From Malacoraja senta (taxonomy: Eukaryota): a stretch of 64,000 nt of DNA. The notes under the pieces were generated by a model that saw only the letters and a list, made by a program, of their open reading frames with translations, did no database searches and had not been told where the DNA came from. Positions 52,790 to 64,000 of this stretch are shown here, in pieces. The translations under genes were made by a program, and so were the position numbers. Location of the stretch: assembly GCA_038087875.1 (NCBI GenBank), contig CM075993.1, forward strand, positions 2,172,001-2,236,000, in the 5' to 3' direction. Numbering within the stretch: position 1 is the first letter of the stretch; every line of letters starts with the position of its first letter.

Positions 52790-53583
52790 TAGGGGTGCTG
52801 CATTGACGGCAGCCTCTGCCTACAACCCGTTAGTCTTTCAATCTTTTTTTTAGTTTTAGTCAGTTTAAAGTTTGTTTCTTTGACTTTTATGTGGGGGAGA
52901 GGGGGGGTAGGGTAAGGGGGAAACTGTTTCCCAGTCGCTTCCTGGCGGGGACGCGACTATTTCTCCGAGTCGCGTCCTCGCCCCCCTCCTCGCGGCCTAC
53001 CACCTGGATCGGAGCGGCCTTTCCTGCCGGGGACCGGACCAGAGCTACAACAGCGGCGCTGAATTCACCTCGGAGCGGGCGTTGCCTACCTGGATCGCCG
53101 TTTGGAGCTCTGGAGCGTAGGGCCGCTGCTCCAACATCGTGGAGCTGCGGTTTGGGAGAGCTTTCAACGCGGGCGGCGCTGACCGTCATCGCGGAGTCCT
53201 GGGGCCCTTTGCCGAGGGCCGCCAGCGTTGCATCTCCGCCCAGCGGACTTTGGGAGCCGTGGACTCCGGTAGGAGGTGGCCGACTCTGATGTCCAGGCCG
53301 CTGAGGTCCCGCAGCCCCGACGTCGGACTTACATCACCCCGGCGAGCGGGCCTGAACATCGGCCCCGACCACGGGTGAACATTGGGGAACATTAGAGGAA
53401 GTGACTGACTTTGGTGCCTTCCCTCACAGTGGGAAACTTTGATTCTGCTGTGTGGGGATGTTTTATGTGGAACTCTACCAACTCTATGTTGTGTTCTTTA
53501 TTTTTATTGTATGGCTGTATGGTGATTACATTTCACATGTGCCAACTGGCACATGTGACAATTAAATGTATCTTGATCTTGAA
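52790..53583 (+). mobile_element. CpG-rich probable non-autonomous retroelement with Rex1-like 3' tail
   Basis: GC/CpG-rich core at 52890-53380 inside AT-rich intron. It ends cacatgtgacaattaaatgtatcttgatcttgaa, resembling the tail at 49100-49129. Boundaries are approximate. Confidence 0.5.
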
Positions 53584-56500
53584 ATGTACGTTGATCAGAT
53601 TGTGTCAACACACATTTCACAAAACAAGTTAGAATGATGAGGCAGCAGAACCGGCTTGGACTCAGGGAAGTGTTAAAATGTCAACGATTATACAATTTTG
53701 TTTAAAGAGAAAGCGAGATTCATTATTTATTATTGGGTGTAAAAGTTGAAGCGAAATTCCAGCAAGTCTTGTTTAAAAGGTGTGATGACATAAAATTGTC
53801 AACACTTCTGTGCTCCAAAACAAAGAGGTTTACATTAAAGAAATTTGTGAGGCAAGTTGAATAATATTTGAGTACTAGACTATTATTTTGGTTTACATTT
53901 TTTAGTGAGACTTTACGGCTTATGTTCCACATCTCTCACCTAGATCCACTGTACACCTAGGGAAGTGATGGTTCATTATATACAAAGGGACCAGTTAAAT
54001 AAAAACAGATGAGGCCACATCTATGGAGCGAAGGAAATAGGCGACGTTTCGGGTCGAGACCCTTCGAAGGGTCTCGACCCGAAACGTCGCCTATTTCCTT
54101 CGCTCCATAGATTCTGCCTCACCCGCTGAGTTTCTCTTGCATTGTCTACTTTCGGTTTTCATGCATCTGCAGTTCCTTCTTAAACAGTTAAGAAAAAACA
54201 AATGGGTATTATTTCCAAAAGTAGTAATATTGATTACAAAGCACAGTAATCCTTTGAAATGCAGTTCTCTCATATATTGTGTCACTTCTTTATGTTCTCT
54301 TAAAAAAATCTATAATAGTTTAAAATGGTATTATTTAAACTTCACTGGGAGAAATTTCACTAAGCTAAAGACAGTTGTGTAAGCACAAATGATTGACAAG
54401 TACAGTATATATAAACTGGCATTCGTACAAGTACCTTCCATAATTACATGGGCACGTAGCAATTTTGAAGTGTCGTTAAATGGACAAACTTGGCAGCTAA
54501 TTTGTGCACATTGAGAATGTAGGAAGGCGCTTCAGTTCATGGGGCTTGGTCTGGTGAACTAAAAGGAAGCTGTCATCAGGCTGACACAGAGCCAGGGAAT
54601 GTCCGCAACTGAAGGGGATTCCTTAGAGAAACCATTGAATCTTACAGCACAGAAACCACCTCTTCTGGAGAAATCTTAAAATACATCTCGCAAATCTCAA
54701 AAGACCATAAGACACAGAAGCAACATTAGGTAATTTGTTCCATCAAGTCTGCTCCACCATTCAATCACTGGTGATCTATTTTTCCCTTTCAGCCCCATTC
54801 TCCTGCTTTTTCCCCCCATACCTTTTGACACCCTTACTAATCGAATCAGTCAATCTCCACTTTAAAAATACCCAATAACTTGGCTTTCGCAATCGTCTGT
54901 GGCAATGTATTCCACAGATTCACCGTCCTCTGGTTAATGAAATCCCTCCCCCCCCCTCATCCCCATTCTAAAGGTATGCCCGTTCTTTGATTCTGAAGCT
55001 GTGCCCTCTGGTCCTCGCCACATCCACTCTATCTGGGCCTTTCATTAGTCGGTAGGTTTCAATGAGATCCCCCATCTAAACTCCAGCAAGTGCAGGCCCA
55101 GAGTCATCGTCTCTTAACCCCGGGATCATTCTCGTCAACCTCTTCTGAACCCTCTCCAACATCAGCACATCCTTCCTCGGATATGGGGCCCAAAGCGGCT
55201 CACAATATCACCATTTATTACCATCTCAACATTACTTTGCGCTTTCGCTGTTTATATTGCTATCAAAAGAACCGATGTCCATAGTCTCTGTTTCCAAACA
55301 TTCTACGCTCCAAAGAATTTCTCCCACTTTTCCAAATAAGCAATATTTTCATGGGAGAGTTCGATTTACCTATTAGGACTAAAGGAATCAAAGGATATGG
55401 GGAGAAAGCAGGAACAGGGTACTGATTTTAGATGATCAGCCATGATAATATTGAATGGTGGTGCTGCCTCGAAGGCCTACTCCTGCACCTATATTTCTCA
55501 AAATTGTCATCACATGAAGACATGTAATCTGTAGTGCATTTATATTTTGTGCGAGAATGAATCAAAGACAATTTGCAAAAGACGAGATCAGAACATTTTT
55601 TTTTTTTTTTTTCAACTGGCCTGTCATAATCTGAAATGTATTGCGTGAAAGGGTGCAAGAAACAGATTCAAGAAAAACTACTTGAGGGGAATTGGAGAAA
55701 TAATGAAGTGGAAAAATAACATTGCTGAGGAAAAAGCAGAAACTAATTTTCACAGAATTGTGTTTTCTTCTGTACAATTCTACAGCTTCCCACAAAGTCG
55801 TCTATGCCCATTAAAGTTCAATAAAAGCCTCTCAACTTTCCTCCAACCCTTAATGTTCCAACAGAAATACTATTTCTCAACTGTCACCCTATAATTGTAA
55901 GTCCCCATATATTTTTTTTAAGACTAAGCCTGGAGATCTCTTAAGGCACCACCTGCAGATTTTGTGCTTTATTACAATTATGTTTCATGCTGGCAGAGTT
56001 TTGACCCTGTGGAGCAGAAGCAAGTTATTGAATGCCAAGATACTTGTTCACAAGGGAAACAATAGCTTTGTGGTTGCCAGTCACGTGAAATAATGACAGC
56101 GGCAGAAGTGTCAGCCCAAGCTGGGAATACATCTTTGACATGCTGTTGCAGTTGTATAAGACGCTGGTGAGGAAGCATTTTGAGCATTGTGTTCAGTTCT
56201 GGGCACCGTGTTACAGGAAAGATATTGTCAGGCTGGAAAGGGTACAGAGAAGATTTACGAGGATGTTGTCAAGACTAGAGGGTCCGAGCTGGAAGGAGAG
56301 GTTGAGTAGGCTGGGATTCTATTCCATGGAGCTCCGGAGGATGAGGGCAATCTTATAGAGGTGCATAAGATCGTGAGAGGAATAGATTGTATCAGTCTGA
56401 AGAAAGGAATCTGAGAGGTAACCTTTCACACAAAGGGTGGTGGATGTATGGAACAAGCTGCCACAGGAGGTAGTTGAGGCTGGGACTATCCCAATCCTTA

Positions 56501-58397
56501 TGGAAATGTTAGACAAGTACATGGATAGGACAGGTTTGAAGGGATATGGACCAAACGCGGGCAGATGGGACTAGTGTAGCTGGGGCATGTTGGCCGGTGT
56601 GGGCATGTTGGGCTGAAGAGCCTGTTTCCACATAATATCACTCTATGCTATTATACAGAGAATAAACAGTAAATTTAATCATAAGACACGCAAGAACAAG
56701 TTAAAAGGAGAGTTTTAAATACAATTTTAACAGGCAGGTATTTTGACACTGCTCAAAATTGATGGTGTTAATAAATGTTTTAATATCTTTCGAAGTACAT
56801 TAATGTGTGATATTAAAATATTCTAATTATTGATGGTGACATCCACATAATTTAACATTTTACTGCTCTGGGTTGTATTTTACATTTTGAATGTTCCCTA
56901 GTTACTTTATTAGTGACAACCGATGTATTAGCAAAGAAGCAAAGCACAAGTTGAACATTAGTGCCGAGCTTTCTCATTAATCAACATCTTGCAGTAAAAT
57001 TATTGTTAACCAAAAATGTCCTGAATCACCGTTGCAAATCACTGGAGTACAAATCGCATTATGCTGATTTATAAATTTGAAGTACCTGACTATTCAAATA
57101 ATAACAACTTTTTCCAACACGCTGACAAAATTGTGTCGGGACTGCAGATGCTGGTTTCAGTTTAGTTTATTGTCACGTGTACCGAAGTACAGTGAAAAGC
57201 TTTTGTTGCGTGCTAGCCAGTCAGCAGAGAGACAATACGATCCATTTACAGTGTGTAGATACATGAGAAGAGAATGACGTTTAGTGCAAGGTAAAGCCAG
57301 CAAAGTCCGATCAAGGGTAGTCCAAGGGTCACCAAAGAGGTAGATAATAGTTCAGGATTACTCTCTGGTTGTGGCAGGATGATTCGGTTGCCTGATAACA
57401 GCTGGGAAGAAACTGTCCCTGAATCTGGAGGTGTGTGTTTTCACACTTCTATACTTTTTGCCTGCTGCGCGAGGGGAGAAGAGGGAAGTGTGACTTTGCC
57501 CTTGATTATGTTGCTGGCCTTGACGAGGCAGCTGGAGGAATAAATGGAGTCAATAGAAGGGAGGTTGGTTTGTGTGATGTTCTGGGCTGCGTCCACAATT
57601 TGCTGCAACTTCTTGCGGTCTTGGATGGAGCAGTTGCCAAACCAAGCTGTGATGTATCCCGATCAAATACTTTCTACGGCGTACCTACACCGTCACTGTA
57701 ATTTACCACAAAGATCTTCAAATCCTACTCATGAGACCAGTGAACCGGCTAGCTATCCATTCACTAATTTCCTAAAATCCTACACGGGCACTATAGTTAG
57801 ATATATTCTGGGTAGACAAAAGAAAATAGACAAAATTCTGGAGTAACTCAGCAGGACAGGCAGCATCTCTCGATAGAAGGAATGTGTGATGTTTCGAATC
57901 GAAACCCTTCTTCAGACTGGGAGTCCGCTGATGTTACTCCAGCATTTTGTGCCTTCCATCTGCCTGCCCCACTGAGCTACTCCAGCATTTTGTGTCTATC
58001 TTCGGTGTAAACCAGCATCTGCAGTTCCTTCCTACACTCAATCTTATCCCCTTCCTTGAATTCTCCAACTACCAAGTCCTTCTCAGTGAATACAGATTGA
58101 TAATGGCCAGGTAATATTTGGCAGTATACAGGTCTTGTGAAACCGTGCTTAAAAAAAAATTCAAAATATCAAGCTCCAAATCAGCGATACAAGGTGTTGA
58201 CTAAGTAATAAACACCCAGCTGGCAACTGAAACAATGCTTTTAGTTTCCCACCTAGTTAGCATCAACTCTTCCAGATTCAATGTAGAAGGGTGCGTCACA
58301 ATGGCAATGCTCCGAATTATTCAATTTGCCATATGTGCGCAGATCTTCTCATGCTTTCTGCAAAGAACACCAATTAAACTGATGCGTGGAGCTCTCT

Positions 58398-58600
58398 AGT
58401 AGTAGTAGGCCCCCCTCAGTCATGACTGACCATGGGTGATGCATCCTAGTTTGTCGGATGCGATGTCATATGGAGGACAGGCTGTTGCCCATTCAGCACA
58501 TCCCCCCTCTCCTTGTCGCTGATCGATCCAAAGGAACAGCAGGGCCGTTACAGTTTGGCACCAGCGCCGTCGCAGGAGCTGCCAGAGCGAGGTTGGCAGC
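58398..58600 (-). mobile_element. Short GC-rich retroposon-like insert with (ACT)n tail, possibly RTE-related
   Basis: Minus strand ends ggggggcctactactact. It is a GC-rich island with no similarity to other repeats in the window. Confidence 0.45.
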
Positions 58601-59700
58601 TTATATTTACTCTGAGCCAGAAGTCAAAACGGATACCTCGTCTTTTAAAGTGTTCAAACGCATATAGTGATCTGGGTTTCTCAGTCTGAAGAAGGGTCTC
58701 GACCCGAAACATCACCTATTCCTTCGCTCCGTAGGTGCTGCCTCACCCGCTGAGTTTCTCCAGCATTTTTGTCTACCTGGGTTTCATCTACGTTGGCTGG
58801 ATTTGAATTTGGAAAAGTACAAATGCCTCTGTGTCAAAGATCGATACAAAATGCGGGAGTAACTCAGCAGGACAGGCAGCATCGCTGGAGAGAAGGAATG
58901 GGTAACGTTTCGGGTCGAGACCCTTCCGTGAGCCTGAAGAAGAGTCTCAAACCGAAATGTCACCCATTCCTTCTCTCCAGAGATGTTGCCTGTCCCATTG
59001 AGTTTCTCCAGCATTTGCGTCTATCTTTGGTTTAAACCAGCATCTGGAGTTCCTTCATACACATGCCATTGTGTCATGTAGCCTGCTCATTGCAAGACAT
59101 ATATATATTTCTAGCTTGAGCTAACAACAGGGGAGAAAAAAATATATATTATATGGTTATTTAATAGTCAGAGCCATACAGCATTGAAACAGGCCCTTCG
59201 GCCCAACTTGCCCACACTGACAAAACCATCTACACTATCTACACTAGTCCCACCTGCCTGCGTTTGGCCCATATCCCTCCAAACCTGTCATATTCATGTA
59301 CCTGATTATTTCTTAAATGTTGCAATAGACCCTTCCTCATCAACCTCCTCTGGCAGCTCGTTCCATACACCCATCACACTGTGTGAAAAGGTACCCCTCA
59401 GATTCCTATTAAATCTTTCCCCCCTCATCTTTAACCTATGTCCTCTGGTTCTCAATTCCCTTACTCTGGGCAAGAGACTCTGTGCGTCTTCCTGATCTAT
59501 TCCTCACATGATTTTATACACTGTACACTAATTTCAAATAGTTTTGAAATTTAAACAAATTCACGAGTAATTACACATTAAGTATCCATATGAAAATAAA
59601 GGAGTTGTAACAATGTTTGAATTTTAGAGAAATGTTAGAAGGGAGCACGTCACATCTAGAGTGCTTTCACATTCACTTGGGATATAGCTGCTGTACTCAC

Positions 59701-59820
59701 ATGCCCACAGATAGTAAATGCGCTTTGCCAAGACGCGATGGTGATCCGGAATCTCATTAAAATCCTGGTAAAAACATGGCTTCAATGGGATAAACTTTGG
59801 GAGTGGGGGGAAGTTATTCT
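59701..59820 (-). CDS. SCAMP5: SCAMP5 coding exon 2 (120 bp)
   Basis: ttttccag|AG AAT AAC TTC...CTG TGG GCA T|gtgagt. Translates (E)[39 protein letters not shown], the SCAMP4/5 N-terminus. Confidence 0.97.
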
Positions 59821-62800
59821 CTGGAAAACAAAATGCAGTTGTTTTTAAAACTTCGCATTGCCTCGAGAAAGCAACCAACATTATCAAAGAATACTCACAT
59901 CTTGGTCATTCTCTCTTCTCCCCTCTCTCATGGGGAAGAGATACAAATTCTTCAAAGCACGTACCACTAGACACAAGAACAGCTTTTTTCCTGCCACAAT
60001 CAGACTCTTGAATAGACTTCTATTCTACCAAAGATGAATTCCTGATCTTCCCAATCTACCTCATTGCTGGCCTTGCATTAAAAAAAAATCTGCATTGTCA
60101 CTATAGAGGTTACACTATATTATGCATTTTATATCTTTTCCTCTCTTGTACTACCTTGATCATAAGGTCATATGTGATAGGAGTAGAATTAGGCCATTCG
60201 GCCCATCAAGTCTACTCCACCATTCAATCATGGCTAGACAAAAATGCTGGAGAAACTCTGTGGGCGAGGCAGCATCTATGGAGAGAAGGAATAGGCGACG
60301 TTTTGGGTCGAGACCCTTCTTCAGACTTCTTCAAACTCAACTGCTGAGTTTCTCCAGCATTTTTGTCTACTTTCGATTTTTCCAGCATCTGCAGTTCTTT
60401 CTTAAACATTCAATCATGGGTGATCTATCTGCACCTCAAGCCCATTCTCCCGCCTTCGCCCCATAACCTCTGACACATGAACTAATCAAAAAATGATGTA
60501 CTTACGCAGCGTACAATTTACACAGACAGGATGCAAACAATGTTTTTAACTACATTATGGCCCGTGACAATTATAAACTATTATCCCAACACTGATTCCA
60601 AGTAAGTTGAGAGCTTTCTTGTTTTCCTATCTCAACGCTCCATTGTCAAAAAGAGTTCCCTGCTCCTCCATTCTCCATTCATATTCATCTCTCCAATCGG
60701 TGGCTGAAAATTAAATCGCACACAAATTCAGTATTGGTAGATTTTGTTTTTTTTGTCTTACAAGAGGTTTACAAGAATGATCCCAGGAATGAGTAGGTAC
60801 GGCACTGGGCCTGTACTCACTGGAGTTTAGAAGAATGAAGGGGGAAAGTCTATGATTAGAGTTCATAGCCTCAGAATTAAAGGACGTTCTTTTAGAAAGG
60901 ATATGAGGAGAAATTTCTTTAGTCAGAGGGTGGTAAATCTGTGGAATATTTTGCGACAGAAGGCTATAGGGACCAAGTCAGTGGATATTTTTAAGGCAGA
61001 GATAGATAGATTTTTGATTAGTACAGGTGTCAGAGGTTATGGTGAGAAGGCAAGAGAATGTGGTTAGGAGGGAGAGATAGATCAGCCATGATTGAATGGC
61101 ATAGACTTGATGGGCTGAATGGCCTACTTCAACTCCTATCATTTATGACCTTATATGCATATCAAAGCCACTGATAATTCTCAAAATCAGTTTAAGAAGG
61201 AACTGCAGATGCTGGAAAATCGAAGGTAGACAAAAGTGCTGGAGAAACCCAGCGAGTGAGGCAGCCGAAACGTTGCCTATTTCCTTCGCTCCATAGATGC
61301 TGCCTCACCCGCTGAGTTTCTCCAACACTTTTGTTTATTCTCAAAATCAGACTGGTCCCAACAGGCTACCATTTCTGAAGATTAAAGTGTCATTAGACAA
61401 GCATGGAACAAAAAGAAACTCTGATCTCACTTTTCTTTATTTACACTTCTCTAAAATGTGGGACTTTGTGAACTTGAGAACCAAGATTCTTTTGACAGGT
61501 CTCAAGATGACACAAAGAGCACTAAAGGGGTGGTGAGATGAAAAGAGTTGTTATTTTTAGCGTGTCATTTTTATGTAGCTTCTTGCAAATAAATAGCAGG
61601 AAGAGCAAGGAACAACGATAACCGAGATTGTTTATTCCCCCTAAATGGAATGCAAGTCAAATCTTTGACAATGAACTGAGAAAAAAAATTAAGAAAAATA
61701 CAACAAAGAAATAATGGTATGATTAGTGAATGGTGATGAAGAAAGATTTAATACTCAGCATAGCAATGATACAACTGAAGTTTATTGTCTTGCTGGCCAC
61801 ACCAGAGACAGTGCATTTACTTCAAAGCTGACGAAGCAGTTCTAATGGTAAATGCGTGGCATCATTAAATTTACACGACTTTAGCGCAGTTGTGGTTAAT
61901 GTTGCATTGTTTGTGGGCAGAAACACAAGTGAGAACATGGAGCAAGAATTAAATATTGATTCTGGCCTTATTGAACATGACTCATAATTCATTTAATAGC
62001 TGCAGCTTTGTGAAATCATTTAATGAAACAAAAATCAATGGCACAGCTGGAAGAACCAGAGACCATGGTTCAATCCTGGCCTCGTGTGCTGTCTGTGTGG
62101 AGTTAGCACGTTCTACCAGTGACCGCCAGGTACTCCGGCGTCCTCCCACTTCCCAAAGACAAGCGGGTTTGTAGGTTAATTGTTACTTGTAGAGAGTGGA
62201 TGTGAAAGTGGAATCACATAGAACTGGAGTAAATGGGTGATGAAATGGTCGGCGAGGACTCAGTGGGACAAAAGTTCTATTTCCATGTTGTATCTTTCAA
62301 TCATTCATATAACACACTGCAGATAATTCTTTATAAAATATATAAAGGAATATTTAATGGCAGAGGAAAAATCTTACACATCAGTAATGGTTTATTTTTA
62401 ACTATTACTGGCTGATTAAAAGCTTTGAGTGTTCATTTGCATCAACAAATATGGATTAAGTGTTTTGTGTAGTTTAATAAACTTAAGTGGGGCAGTCAAT
62501 GGCGCAGCGGTAGAGTTGCTGCCTTACACCGCCATAGACTCGGGTTCGATCCTGACTAAGGGTGGTGTATGCACGGAGTTTGTATGTTCTCCCTGTGACC
62601 GTGTGGGTATTCTCCGAATGCTTCGGTTTCGTCCCACATTCCAAAGACGTGTAGGCTTGCAGGTTAATTGGCTTCTGTAAATTGTTCCTAGTGTGTATGA
62701 TAAATGCTAGTGGGGTTATGGCTGGTTGGAGGGCTGAAAGGCCTGTTTCCACGATGTATCTCTAAAGTTCCTGGTTCTGGTGACCAAGCACTCAAGAACT

Positions 62801-63264
62801 GACTACTCCCAGGAATTGCCTTGGAGTTTACTTTTTGAATCGTGCTCACTCAGCTGATACTATCCTTTGAGAAATGTAGCAAGGGAACAATCAGTTCTTT
62901 CACCAACTTAAAAGTCGGCTCCTGTTTAGGCAATCAACATCACTTCTGGCTGCTCAGAGAGCTGCAGCGCAGGAAACAGGAGAGGAAATTGAATTAAAGT
63001 GGCCAAAGGTTTCACATGACTGCAACTGTTTACAAGCAGCACAACGTAAATATTTGATTTATGGTAGAGAACCAAGTAGTTCACAAACAAGAAAATGGAT
63101 CAAGAGTTCAGTTTAAAGACCACAGGAAATATTAGACGACGAATTTGCACGCAGAGATACCAGTTCCTTCAAATGTTTATTGAAGATTTAATCTTTTGTG
63201 CTTCCAGGAGTTAACGAGTTAACGGCTTTCAGCAACCTAATCATGTTATATTATCTGTCCATAC

Positions 63265-63271
63265 CTGCCAT
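63265..63271 (-). CDS. SCAMP5: SCAMP5 coding exon 1 (ATG GCA G); whole exon probably 63265-63326 including 5' UTR
   Basis: Minus strand reads aaacATGGCAG|gtatgg, with an upstream acceptor tttttgtcttacag ending at 63327. The phase-1 end joins the next exon (G|AG = Glu) to give MAENNFPP. Confidence 0.8.
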
Positions 63272-64000
63272 GTTTTAGATATTTTGTGCAGTGCACTGCC
63301 TTTCCAAAGAAGTTAAATGTTCCAATCTGTAAGACAAAAATACCAAGTTATAACATACAGATCCCAATTCAGATTTCTAGTTGAATTATAATAATTACAT
63401 AAGATCACAAATCATTGCATTATAAAGTACAATTAATTATGATTTAAATGAATACCCCAACATGAATTTCACAACTGACTGCTCCAAATCACTGCCAAAA
63501 TATGGAGGTCTTTAGTTATGTTTATAATGTGCACACTGGCACCTAATCTAATCAAGGTCACAACTTTGCATGCAACAGAAAGTCAGGTGCCACACTCAGC
63601 GGATCTTTCGACATCATAAAAATCTATAAAGGACAAGGCAGGGAGTCTAACTCAGAACCTTTGCTCCACATATCAGCTACAGAAATCTTGAGTGCGCCAA
63701 CATTTGACTCCAGATTTCCTTAAAAAGCACCAGCAAGAGCCGATACACAAGCAAAATCACAACACATTTTACTTCATGGAAGATGCTGCATATGGTGAAA
63801 TAAAAAGGAACTGCAGATGCTAGTTTATAATCAAAGAAAGACACAAAGTGCTGGAGCAAGTCACCGGGTCTGCAGCATCTCTGGAGAACATGGATATGTG
63901 ACGCTTCAGGTCTGACCCTTCTTCAGACTACTTCTTAACATAGAACAGTATAGCACAGGAACAGACCCTTTGGTCCAGGATGTTTGTGTCGAACATAACT

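Noticed and set aside
52887..53392. Overlapping 68-132 aa ORFs on both strands
   Set aside because: High GC suppresses stop codons, and there is no recognisable domain or splice context.
59624..59887. SCAMP4 or a stand-alone 87-aa ORF
   Set aside because: Only 59701-59820 is exon. Downstream exons ([42 protein letters not shown]) match SCAMP5.

Overview
This is eukaryotic DNA, not a prokaryotic locus. The repeat families (HE1-like SINEs, CR1/HER1-like LINE tails) point to a cartilaginous fish, probably a skate or ray; that assignment is inference. I can support one host gene: SCAMP5 on the minus strand, with six coding exons from 63271 to 26452, a reconstructed 233-aa protein, all GT-AG introns with consistent phases, and a probable ~3-kb transposon-free 3' UTR. 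The rest is intron or intergenic DNA dense in mobile elements: a full-length but decayed DIRS1-type tyrosine-recombinase retrotransposon (10546-15231), Rex1/Babar, L1 and CR1 LINE fragments, tRNA-derived SINEs, TAA-targeting PIF/Harbinger-like MITEs, and a 2.4-kb minisatellite. The most interesting signals are RNA-level. (1) A 132-bp TSD-flanked retroposon begins exactly at G1 of a compact HDV-like ribozyme fold (16360-16491, minus). (2) Many Penelope-like element ends carry a minimal hammerhead core, often as foldback hairpins, including a tandem pair and a perfect 94-bp palindrome. (3) The DIRS leader appears to hold a spliceosomal intron. Most ORFs in the supplied track are repeat-derived artefacts. 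All calls were made by eye and no database searches were run.
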